Origin: Gracilinanus agilis
Taxonomy: Eukaryota
NCBI RefSeq assembly: GCF_016433145.1
Contig: NC_058131.1
Span: forward strand, 700,224,319-700,288,318
Direction: 5' to 3'
Length of the DNA stretch: 64,000 nucleotides
Part shown: piece by piece, positions 25,828 through 36,977 of the stretch
How positions within the stretch are numbered: the stretch's first letter is position 1
Layout of the letters: each line of letters opens with the position of its first letter
Program-made: the position numbers and the translations under genes
Notes under the pieces: generated by a model
Databases searched by the model: none
What the model saw: only the letters and a program-made list of their open reading frames with translations
What the model was told of the DNA's origin: nothing

Positions 25828-27654
25828 GTAACTTTTCTTTTTTATTTTCTGTAAAATGGTTCCCTTTTAAAAGTCTCTACCTGGTCAGAACCAACAAATA
25901 GGTATCTAAACCTTTTAAACAAATTGTAAAACCTGCAAGTGAACCAATGAATGGGGCTTTTAGGAGGAGGAAAGCTGGAAAGCAGGCAGGCCCCGAGCAA
26001 GCTCCACTGGGCTTCTCCCCCGAGCCCAGACGGGGTGTCGGAGCTGGTCTCGGGTCCATATTTTAGACATTTTCTTCTTTGCTTCAGCCAGTCACTAGCA
26101 TGTCCGAAGTGCCTGCTGGGTCCAAAGAAGGCAGCCGGCCAGCAGCCCCAGCTCTGGGAGTCTGGTGGGGAGGCCACGTGGCGGCTCACGGGAAGGGAGT
26201 CGGCACAGGGAGGCAGAGAGGGGGAGGGGACAGCCGGGGAGCGGGAGGCAGTGGGGAGGCCGACGGCTCCGTGCCAGGAACCGTGAGGAGGCGAGTGCGC
26301 GGAGGGCCGGCCCAGCACAAGACGGAGGAAGCCGGGACAGGTAGGAGGAGCTCAGCCATGAAGGCCTTCGAAGGCCGGCAGGAGGTTCCGTTCCATCTGG
26401 CAAGTCCTGGGGAGCCCCTGGGGTCTCTGGCCTGGCCAGAGCGGGGAGGACGGACCGGGAACGCGCCAGGGCGAGGACGGAGCCCAGGAAGGTGGTGCGC
26501 CTGGACGGCCGAGTCGGAGGAGAGTTGGGGGGACGCTCGGAGCCCCTGTCGAAGCTAACATGAGTCCAGATCTCAGGCCGGGCTGTTTAAGAGGCCCAGA
26601 GGTCACGGCTGGACACGGGCATGGGCGGCGGTTTGGCCTCACGAGGCCACTCCCGGCTAGCTAGCGGCTGGGGTCTGGGAGAGGAGCCCAAGCAGGAACG
26701 GTCAGAGGGTGAGGAGGCCATCAGGACAGCTGAGGGGTCAAGAGGGAGGAGGCCTTGGAGTCTGGCGACTCCGACATGGCGGCCGTCTGTGGAGGAAGCC
26801 TTTTGGGCTGAACGGGGAGGCCGGAAGCTGGACTTGGTGTTCGGGAAGCCCTGCAGACAGTCTCCCGAGAAGGGCCGAGCAGCGGGGAAGAATCCAGGGC
26901 ACGGGCTGGGGGCCAGCCGCCTGCCAGGGGCCCGGGTGGGCGTCTCTTCATGTGAAATGGAGAGGAGGAAGCCAGTGTAGAAGGCGTCCGGCTCCCATCT
27001 TCCAGGAGGGTGTGCCGGCTCTGATGGAGAGGCTGGGGAGGCTGGAGGCCAGAGCGGGGCTGGAAAAACCCCTGGCGGGGGCATGAAAAGGCTGTAGGGA
27101 GGGCCCTGTCGGCACCCCGAAGGGGAGGGCAGAGGGTGGTTCAGGGCAGCGCTGGGGGCTGTGAGGCAGAGGACGAGGCCGGGAGGCCTCCAGATTCTGG
27201 CCCAATAGAGGCATTTTGGAGTTCACGACACGTAGGTGGCACGCTGGAGGGTGGTGGCCAGGCCCAGGGTCTGAGCAGGGCTGGGCGGGGGGCCGCCAGG
27301 AGCCTGTTAGAGGGAGTCGAGGGAGGGTCGGCCAGAGCAGGAGCCGGAGAGCCACATCCTGGTCGGGGGTTAGAGGAGAGTCTGTCTGTCTGGCACAGCA
27401 CAGCTTTCCTCCAGTTCTGAGATTCTGTCATTGTGATGACCTGGAAGACGGGAGGAGCCCCGAGACGCGGCACACAGATGCCTGGCTGAGCCCAGCCGCT
27501 CCCGGGAGGCGCCTCGCCTCTGGCTGGTCCCCGGACCTCCCCGGCCTCCTTTTCTTCTAAAATGTGGGATCGGCGTAGAGGCCCAGAGACTTCCTGGGGG
27601 GTCACTGCCAGGAGGTATCTGAAGTCAATTTTGGCTGCTTTCTCTTCTTTTTAG

Positions 27655-27703
27655 ATCGAAACTTAAAATAGAAGATATAAAAGAGGCCAACAAAGCTTTA
27701 CAG
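27655..27703 (+). CDS. RUFY2: RUFY2 exon (SKLKIEDIKEANKALQ)
   Basis: ttttag acceptor, CAG|gttggt donor, 49 bp. Confidence 0.94.
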
Positions 27704-27744
27704 GTTGGTAGACATTTTTTCCCTCCAGATATTGAATATGTATT

Positions 27745-27745
<1 letters not shown>

Positions 27746-27770
<25 letters not shown>
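27746..27770. repeat. (TG)n microsatellite
   Basis: Direct reading. Confidence 0.9.
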
Positions 27771-27775
<5 letters not shown>

Positions 27776-28349
27776 CCCCGTTCTTTGTGCAGGGCGCCCC
27801 GGCAGCCCCGGCCCTCGGGCCCTCAGCGAGTCCCTGCGCCGCCGTCTGCTCGCTCTTGCGTGTGTCCGAGCTCGGTACGGCCCGGCCCGGCCCGCACTAA
27901 CTAGGCCTCACGAGGCCCGCCGACCCCGACGGGGCAGGGCTGGCCTGCGTCCTCCCTTGTCGCGGCGGGCACTTTCCAAACCCCCAACCAGGACGTGCCC
28001 GAGACCGGGAGCAGCGGGCCAGCCCGGAGCCACGGCTTTGCCTTTAACTTGGAGCCCCCGAGCTAGCTTTCGGGCGTCGTGCCCGGCCCTGCCCAAGAGA
28101 GCCTCGTCTGCCTGCCTGCCAGCACGGTCAGGACGGCCTTTTGGAAATGATGATGGGATAAAAAATAGAAGGAATCAGAGAAACCTTTGAAACAAAGCGC
28201 TCTCCTCCTCCCACTGAAGCGAATGCTCAGTATTTGGGGTGAGAAAGGATCGCTTCTTCCCTAAGATGGTGGCGACCCCGAGGATCCCCGCTCAAGGCCA
28301 GCCCAGCCATGGGAGAAAGGGAGCGACCAGGGTAAAGGTTTGGGTTTTG

Positions 28350-28545
28350 GGGGGCAGCTGGGTAGCTCAGTGGAGTGAGTCAGGCCTAGAGATGGGAGGT
28401 TCTAGGTTCAAATCCGGCCTCAGCCACTTCCCAGCTGTGTGACCCTGGGCAAGTCACTTGACCCCCATTGCCCACCCTTTCCACTCTTCCACCTATGAGA
28501 AAATACACAGTATTCATTCTAAGATGGAAGGGAAGGGTTTAAAAT
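28350..28545 (+). mobile_element. SINE1_Mdo-like SINE; a MAR1-type 3' part follows at ~28740-28910
   Basis: gggggcagctgggtagctcagtgg head and gggttt A-rich tail. Confidence 0.85.
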
Positions 28546-29291
28546 AAGTAAATCAATCAAAGTTTGGGTTTTTTAAGAATGATAAAATTTACAGGAAAGC
28601 AGACCTCCTGCGTCCCCTTTGTAGAGTGGCCTTCCCAGAGGCCCATGACCCCTAGTGCAGCCACCTCATCCCGGCTCAGTTCTCTGCATTTGGGGGGGAA
28701 CTTGGAGCAGCCGGGCCTGGAGCCAGAGGGGCTCCCCAGGGCACACGCAGCTTCACACTAGCTGGGCAACTTCCCCGCGTGTCTCCATTTCCTCATCTGT
28801 AAAATGGGTGGGAGAGGGAAATGGCAAACCACTCTGGCATCTTTGCCTAGAAAACCCCAGATGGGGTCATGAAGAGTCAGACATGACTGAACCGCCTGAA
28901 CAGTAACAAAACTCCTGTGGAACATTCAGGGCCTCCCCCTCCCGCCCATTCTGCCCCCTCATGTTGGGCACCATCAGCGCCTGCCCAGCCAGGGTGTGAC
29001 CAGTGTTGGCGACTCAGAGTGGTCGTCTCATCCTCGGACAGTCTGGCTCCTTCCGCAGCCCTCCAGGCCTTTGATTACAGATTTTCCCCTCCAGATCATC
29101 CTTCCCTCAATGGGGCCAGGATCCTGCAGTGACATTTTCTCTCTCCCCACCCCCCACTAAGGGGGTACATGATGCAGCCAGGCCTGGGGGAGGGGAGACA
29201 GCCAGGATGGCGGAGACCCTTCCCCCACCCCCACAGGGCTCCTGAGTGGGCCGCTCAGGACAGTCACCCCCTTCTCTTTTCTCTCCTCTAG

Positions 29292-29369
29292 GGTCAAGTT
29301 TGGTTGAAAGATGAAGAAGCCACCCACTGTAAGTTGTGTGAAAAGGAATTCTCACTTTCTAAGAGAAAG
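29292..29369 (+). CDS. RUFY2: RUFY2 exon, start of FYVE domain ([26 protein letters not shown])
   Basis: ctag acceptor, AAG|gtaagc donor; WxxD FYVE motif. Confidence 0.96.
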
Positions 29370-29465
29370 GTAAGCTGGGAGGGGGAAACCCGATTGTGCT
29401 GGGCAGGAGGCCAGGAGGAAGTCTCGGGGCGGCTCCATAAGCGCCTTCTTCTCTCCTTTAAAAAG

Positions 29466-29609
29466 CACCACTGTCGGAACTGTGGGGAGATCTTCTGTAA
29501 CGCCTGCTCGGACAACGAGCTGCCTTTGCCTTCGTCCCCCAAGCCTGTCCGAGTGTGCGATTCCTGCCACGCTCTGCTGATCCAGAGATGCTCGTCTACC
29601 GTGCCCTGA
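29466..29609 (+). CDS. RUFY2: RUFY2 last coding exon ([47 protein letters not shown]-stop)
   Basis: HHCRxCG and RVC FYVE motifs, TGA at 29607-29609. Visible exons plus the inferred 31 gap bases total 1643 nt, consistent with a ~606-aa protein missing 178 nt of upstream CDS. Confidence 0.96.
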   Translation, partial: HHCRNCGEIFCNACSDNELPLPSSPKPVRVCDSCHALLIQRCSSTVP

Positions 29610-32600
29610 GCCACCTGCCAGGCTCCCTGACTTGGGCTGTGAAGCATGTGGAATGTGGCCCCTCCGGGCGCTCTGCACCGTCTGCTGGTACACCATTAAC
29701 GTCAGGCTGCAGGAATGCCGACTCACGTTCACTTTTTATGTCCATCTCTAAGCAAAATACCTTTAGCTACCCCTGCAGAGATGAGATTTCCTGGACTAGG
29801 CACTTTTCTTTAATGTTAGTTAAAATAAGTGAAAATAACTCGACCTAATTGATAATGAATTTAGAGGGTAACAAATTTGATAACCACAAACATGGAGGCC
29901 TTTTAAAGGCCACACAGATGGAATCCCCAAAACAAGATGTTTGCCTTATCTCAGAGCTTTCCAAAATATTGGGCTTGTTCTATTCTGCCTAATTGATAGA
30001 GTTGCTATTTTTCGATGGTGCCTGCAATTCTTTTTAAATGCACTTTATAAGCTTCCTAGTTCTCAGAAAAATACTGTGCATAAGAGAAAACCAATTTTGC
30101 GAGTGTTTCTACTTTACAGACCTTTACCAAGAGCCGGTGTCTATTTTTAATCACAACCCTTACTGGCTGTGAACAATTGAGTTATGGTTAGAATAAAGAG
30201 CATATTAGGGTACTTATCAGTATTTACGGGCCAACATGTTGCTCCTCCAAAACCTATTATGTTTAGAAAATCAAATTTTCTCCTCCTACCTTTTAATAAT
30301 AGCTGCTACTGCCAACAGGAGCTTTTTTGTCCTGGGGGAGTGGGCTGTAAAGAGGATGGGAAGCGTTAGTCTTGGAAGTGAAACATGGCCGGTTTCCTTT
30401 TTACCTCCCACCCTCAGACCTGGGGGCAGTTCCTTCCCCAACCCAAAGTGCCAGGTCAGCAACTTTTTACCTTTGACTTGCCAGTCACCTCTACCTTTTT
30501 ATATGAACATAAGAAAGTTTAAATTTGGAGGCATTATCAAGAGGGAATTTTTAGGGGAAATCTGGATTCTGCCCAGTTTTACCACTGGTGACTGTGAAAC
30601 CCGGATGGTCACTTCTGTATACGCTGAAGATTGCCCAGATTGACACAGAATCAAAACTCATCTAAAGTTCTCCTGAGTGCCGAGTTCTCCCCTGTTGGGT
30701 GTACAGGAGGTTAGTTTATATGAGTATTGAGATAAATCCTAAAAATGTATTAGCAGTATTACATTAAGTACACTTTAGGGATTTTTAATATCAGTGCCAC
30801 TATTGTAATCATTGAGTATGAAGCAAAACTATTATCATGAAGCTTAGGCTTGTACCATTTCAGGTCAAAATACTTTAAATTGGAAACTGAGTATACACTA
30901 CTCCCCTCGGACTTTAAACACACAAGAGAAAACATTCAGGGTAGTATTGTTTGTGATTGCATTTGAGACAAATGAATCAAGGCTTTGTTTTCAGGGTTAG
31001 TTCAACCATCTTTTTCTTATGTGCATAGAATACTACTGCAAAACTTCATTTTGCATTCCAGACTATTAATTTTATGCAGCTAAATTATCGCTTAGATCAC
31101 TGGATAATCCTATAAAAAGTCCTAAAAATGGACTTAAAAATAGAGCTGACCCAGTATTTCAATAAGTTTTGTGGAGCACTTTACATTGGCCAATTGCTGT
31201 TTTACATTTCTGGGAATGCTATTGAGAAATCAATACCATGAACTGGAAGGACCAATTCAATTTGGAAGTCCAGAAGAAAACAAGTTTTCTGCTTTTCTTG
31301 ACTTGAAATGGCACCCGGGGAGCTGCTCAAATACCATGAAAAAAAGTCCCACATCTAGTCCAGTCCCAAAGGGCATTTTTAATGAAGTTATTTGTGCTTT
31401 GAGGAGCTTAGTAACATCTCAAAATACTACTTTCAGGTTTAGGAAGTGAACCTTGGATTTAGTTATGGTTGTCACACACTTCTTGACAAGCTGTAATTTG
31501 CCATACTTTGACAAGTTTTGGGGTACTTTAAAACAAAATTGCTCAAATATTCACCTATTCATGTTTCTGTACCAAGGCTGGCAAATAAGACAGCCAATTC
31601 TTAGCTCTTCATTATTGCATGTGTCATTCCAACCCAGTTATACGTTTGGTTCCATGTATACATTTGTATTATGCTTTAAAATATTCTCCCTTGATGTGAA
31701 ATGAACAAAACATAAGATCATCTATTTTAGTTAAATTTAGTCTTCTCTCAGAAATTAAAATCACTGCTATGGCAAACCAACACTACGAATGTCATGCTGT
31801 CACAAAAACAAGTAATCTTTGAATCTGCATTTGTTCTAACTATATAGCGTTTTTTTATGGTTTTTTTGGGGGGAGTAAATGTAAATAAAGATAATGCAAA
31901 GTTTGCTTTAATGAAATGTCATTGGGTTTTGGGGGAACTTTTAGAACCTTTTATAATCAAAAGTTTTAAGAATTAACAGCATATGGGTAAAGCAGCAGTT
32001 CTGGGGGTTTTGTTCAGGTTTAAAGTCAAGCAGGTTGGGTCTTGGAAAAAAAATCACAATCCTTACTGTGTATAATTGTTGTAAGAGAAATCTCCCTTTT
32101 CCAATCCAAATTGAATTGATTACTGGCTTCTTTATTCTATATATTGTAGAATGCTTAGCTAAATTTTTTTTCACTACACTCTAGTAAAACCCAGGGGTTT
32201 TTTAATCTGTGGTGGTAGAGGGAATATCCATTCTGAATTGTTTCTGTTGACTCAGTTTAGTTTTCAGGAAAGGCATCTTAAATTTTATCTTTTGACTGAA
32301 GACATAAGCTATGGTTATAAGTATAGAAAGCTCTAAGGGGGTTCACCACCCCCTCTCCCCACCTCAGTGGCATTATCTACTTGATAACATACTTGGCATT
32401 GTTTCAAGTTGGTAGAAATTTAAGAAAAAGTTTAATCATTTAAAAATTTAATACATCAATGACTTCCTCTGAATTTTTGAGTAAGGTATGTTCTAAGATG
32501 TAACCCATATTTATATTTCAGTCAGTAAGTGACACAAACATCCTCGTAGAACAGACAGCAACATCGTTATCTCCCACATTGACATTTATTACATAAATAT

Positions 32601-33871
32601 ACATTACTAGCAAAACAGGTGACAAAATTCAGTAATTGAGTTCACAGTTGACAGTACTGGGTAAAATTTGAGAAGTTATCAAATTTCGGGGGAGGGCAGA
32701 ATCCACATCGACTTAAAGGGAATGAAGGTAAAAAGCACTTTTTCCTTACCACACATAGTGTATTCACCAAAGTATTTCTTTACATCTCAGACATGTCAGA
32801 TGCAAAAACAAAACATAAATCAAAACTGTTTTGTTTATATACCATGACATGAATTAACCGTTAACGTTTTGTTCTCTTTTAAGGAATATTTTGCACAGAA
32901 AAATTAACTGTAAGTTCACTTTCAGCAAAGGACAAGAAACCATCAGATTAGTCACACAAGAGAGGGTGACACTCCAGGAAAAATGCCTGTGCAGTGGCAT
33001 TTTGTTATTGTTTCACTTGGGATTTCTACCCCATTGTTTAACACAAAATTCTTAATCTACCATTTTTCTAACTCTTCTAAATTATGTCAGTTATAATTAA
33101 ATGTTAAGTAAATTACACATTAATTATAAGTTCATTTGTCTTATAAGGGACCGGATGTGAAATCTGTACTAAAATCTAAGATTGCATTTCCCCCCCTCAG
33201 GTACCTCTGAAATTGAAGTCATCTCTAACACATTAAAAAAAAAAAAAGTTCAGACACCAGTAATATAACATTAGGGCTATTACAAGATGGCTGTGCTTGA
33301 TTGACAATACTGGAAAAAGAAATCAAGACATTCAGAACTAGTTGTCTTTTTGCTCCCTGATATCACTTCAGACTTCAGTATTTGGAATTTTCTATCTTCA
33401 AATAAACCAAGGGGAAAAGTTTCCAGAAAGTAAACACTATAACTGGTTAGCCTTTATTATTTTTTTAAAATAGTAGTTCATCATTCTTAGACTCAACATT
33501 ATATTTGCAGGGAGCTAAATCAATGTTAAAAAAAAGAGCACATTACAACCACCTTTTTATTAAACCAGTAGTAATAAGACATCAACCAAGTTCTTATGTA
33601 TGCAGTACATCCTTAGGAGTAACTAGTATAAAAAGTATCAACATCAGTGGTTTGAATATAAAAATTTATTTTAAGTCAAAGTATGCAACAAATAAAACCT
33701 ACAGAAACAGATTTTCCCATCACAATCTGTTGCTTACCAAATAATATTTTGAAAACACATTCCTTCAGTCATTATAAAGTTCTTAAAATACAAAAGAAAT
33801 TAAATCTGTAAGAAAGTCTAGTAGACCAGATGCTGCGGTTTGCCAGGATGTGTTGTAGAAGGGTTAACTCT

Positions 33872-33948
33872 TTAGTACATCCCACGCCATCCACCTCCAC
33901 TCATACCTCCTTGCCCATAGTATCCGCCACTGCCTCCACCTCCACGAC
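33872..33948 (-). CDS. HNRNPH3: HNRNPH3 last coding exon (GRGGGGSGGYYGQGGMSGGGWRGMY-stop)
   Basis: ttttaag acceptor, TAA at 33874-33872; Gly-rich C-terminus characteristic of hnRNP H3. Confidence 0.96.
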
Positions 33949-34054
33949 CTTAAAAGAAAAAATTCAGGTGGAAATGTAGAGACATTAGACTATGGAAATT
34001 ATGTAATATGGTTGAAAAACTTTTAATAGGAGGAACAACCAAAGACATACTCAC

Positions 34055-34147
34055 CATAGCCTCCCAAACCATCAGGAGTACCATAGCCTCCACTGTAACT
34101 GCTACCCATTCCCATTCTTCCAACAGAACCATAACCTCCTTGATTAT
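34055..34147 (-). CDS. HNRNPH3: HNRNPH3 exon ([32 protein letters not shown])
   Basis: ttttcag acceptor, G|gtgagt donor, 93 bp. Confidence 0.95.
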
Positions 34148-34227
34148 CTGAAAAAAGAGGATTTAGTAAAGTATTTGAGAGCAAGTTTCTACATTTAAAA
34201 TTCCACTGAATTTAAAACACCACATAC

Positions 34228-34323
34228 CCATTCCATCTCTGCCGTAGCCTCCCATTCCAGAACCTCCCATTCCAGAGCCTCCTCCAGCAGTAGAATTCAG
34301 GAACAGTTCAATATATCTATGTT
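34228..34323 (-). CDS. HNRNPH3: HNRNPH3 exon ([32 protein letters not shown])
   Basis: aaaag acceptor, G|gtatgt donor, 96 bp; qRRM RYIELFL motif. Confidence 0.95.
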
Positions 34324-34898
34324 CTTTTAACAAAAAGCAGGAAGGAAATGTTTTAGATCATTAAAATTTTAACTTGATTAGTTAAAAACAAAACCAAAAA
34401 CAACACTGATCACAAAGCCTTCAGTCACTGATCTCCCTCTAGTGAGCTGCTTGTCCTTAGCCTCTGTGAAGAGAGGGAGTGGCTCACTCTCATCTCAATG
34501 GTCATCCTTTTCAAGCTCTAAAGTTCCATCACCAACTGGCCTATAAGAAACCTAACTCCAAATCAGCTTATTTAAGAGCAGGGTTAACGGAAACTTATTT
34601 TACTCACAGAAGCCATTCCTTGCCCCATCATCACCTGAAAGGCCATAGGCAATTATATGAAGGAGAATAACTAATAGCTGATGGAAAAATGTCTTTGACC
34701 CTGGAGTCCAGACAAATTTTCATATGTAGTGAACCAGAATAAAAAAATCAGAAAAACTTTTGACTGACTTGAAGAGTTATTATGGTGGCTTATATTTGAA
34801 GACTCTGATGAACAAATAAGATCTCTAAGAAGGAAACTCTCTCATCAATAGTACCTTAGTCAAATACTTCAAACTTGTTTCAAATGTCTTTGAACATA

Positions 34899-35047
34899 GG
34901 GGGCAGATAGGTGGCTCAGTGGACTAAGAGCCAGGTCTAGAGATAGTAGGTCCTTCCTAGCTGTGTGACCCTGGACAAGTTACTTAACCCCCCTGCCCAG
35001 CCCTCACCACTATTCTGTCTTAGAACAATATACAGTAGGCAGAAGGG

Positions 35048-35097
<50 letters not shown>
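34899..35097 (+). mobile_element. SINE with internal deletion, 47-nt pure poly-A tail and 13-bp TSD gtctttgaacata (HNRNPH3 intron)
   Basis: TSD at 34886-34898 and 35098-35110; A-run 35050-35096. Confidence 0.85.
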
Positions 35098-35098
<1 letters not shown>

Positions 35099-35560
35099 TC
35101 TTTGAACATAATACCCAAGATGTAATTATCAATAAAATAAAGAACATGAACTAATAAAACTAACATTATAACTGTTCCCAGTAGTATAAGAACATTTATA
35201 AAATGTTATGGAAGTAACTTTGTATTGAGGAAAATAGCAATTCCTAAACCCCAAACTCCAAGATTCCAGAACTCTACATGAGCTAAAGGATGGTTTTTGC
35301 TTCTGTTTTCTTTCACTGAACTTTATAGTCCAAGTTCCACTCAAATGTATATAGTAAAATCCTGCTATTCTGCTGACTGTACTTTCAACCTTTTGCTCCT
35401 TTTCAAAGTTTTAGTGTGCTTCCTGAACCATACTGATAATCACTATTTTAATTCTTTGAAAATGAGCGATTCACGTAAAGAAATGTTACTACATAAATTG
35501 ACTTGGCTGAAAACCTAGCTCACCCCTCCACAGCTTGGAAAGGCCATGACCGACACTTAC

Positions 35561-35696
35561 GCATGTTATTCTTATCTTTGGACATGGCAGCAACAGCGTC
35601 TTCATGCGTCACAAATTCCACATCTGCTTCTCCTGTTGCTCTACCATCTGCTCCAATATCAATATGAACTCGAATTGGGTTTAGGGGTGAGAAAAA
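35561..35696 (-). CDS. HNRNPH3: HNRNPH3 exon ([45 protein letters not shown])
   Basis: ttttag acceptor, C|gtaagt donor, 136 bp; qRRM core. Confidence 0.96.
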
Positions 35697-36383
35697 CTAA
35701 AAGAAAGCCAAATTTAAAAAACAATGAAGTCTTTCTGATAAGCTTAAAAGAAGTATCTGATTTTAGTTCCACCAATAAATTCTAAAACCAGAATCCAAAA
35801 GAAAAAAAAAATCCATACATCTTTCACTAATGCACATGACCAAACTTGGAATTTAACAACATTTTAAATTACCAGCTTTTGAACTTTCCCACTTCCACCA
35901 AGGTGTATTCTCCTTGCCTACTTTCAAGCCTAGGAAGTTTACCTCATCTCCCTTAGTGTTTCACACTTCACTAGTAAAATGAAGATAATCCATTTAACTT
36001 TATGGGATGTGGAAAGAAACTTCTTCTTAAGTGCTATTAGCTATTTCTTCACTGCCATGTAGACGGACTTGCATATACCACAGCCTTCTAGGAAATCTAA
36101 CTTTGAAATAACACACCATTTTCACTTAGATTGTTCCTTCGAGCCCCTAAAAGTTTGTATCCTTTTGTAGCTTCAAATAACATTCTGTTTAGCACTTGGC
36201 ACATGATGAACACTCAAAATTTTGACTAAATGCATTGAGGCGGCAAAGCAAAAATAAAAACTAGACAAAAAACCCTCATTGATATTCCAATTTTAAAGTT
36301 GTACATAAACATTTAGAAAATAACATAAAGAACCTTGTCTTAGAAAACCATATAGCAAGAAAGATTTCCTCACAAATACTCAC

Positions 36384-36499
36384 ATTAGCAATATCATTTT
36401 CAGTTGCCCGAAAAGGCAACCCTCTCATATGAACAAAATGACCACCATGAAAACCTGAACTTGCATCACCAGCACCACCATATCCATGTCCCCCCATGC
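36384..36499 (-). CDS. HNRNPH3: HNRNPH3 exon ([39 protein letters not shown])
   Basis: ctctag acceptor, AAT|gtgagt donor; VHMRGLPF qRRM motif; ORF track 36276..36557. Confidence 0.96.
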
Positions 36500-36890
36500 C
36501 TAGAGAAAGACAAATTTCCAAAGAAATAGCAACAATTAGACAAGTAAAGCAGTCCATTATTTACACATGTACACATATATTTCTTCCTTTATAGAATCTT
36601 CAATTTCCCAACACCAGATTCTAAATCATTTTTGTCAGGGATTGTTCTTGGCAGTCTGGTGAAACCTGTAGACCCCTTCTCAGGTTGTTTTTAAACATAA
36701 AATACAATGGATTATCAATTTAAAAAACAATTTTATAGACTCCAAATGAAGAACCACCATAAATACTTTAACTTTATCCGCCTGAGGACGCATGAATCAC
36801 TCCTTAATAGAATCCATCAATGTTAACTAAATGAATAATGGATAAGACAATTTAAGAATAAAAGGACCGCTTAACATTGACTTTTTTTAC

Positions 36891-36977
36891 CTCGGCCATC
36901 TCTCATTCTGTCATCAAATCCATCATTTCCATAGCCATAATTGTTATAGCCACCATAATCATCAAAACCACCATAAC
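36891..36977 (-). CDS. HNRNPH3: HNRNPH3 exon ([29 protein letters not shown])
   Basis: gtgcag acceptor, G|gtaaaa donor, 87 bp; GYR-rich linker. Confidence 0.95.

Noticed and set aside
25842-27605. Many overlapping 100-170 aa ORFs on both strands
   Set aside because: Stop-poor GC-rich intronic DNA giving low-complexity Pro/Gly/Arg translations with no recognisable domain.
27893-27902. cactaac branch-point-like word in the CpG patch
   Set aside because: No polypyrimidine tract or AG follows at a suitable distance.
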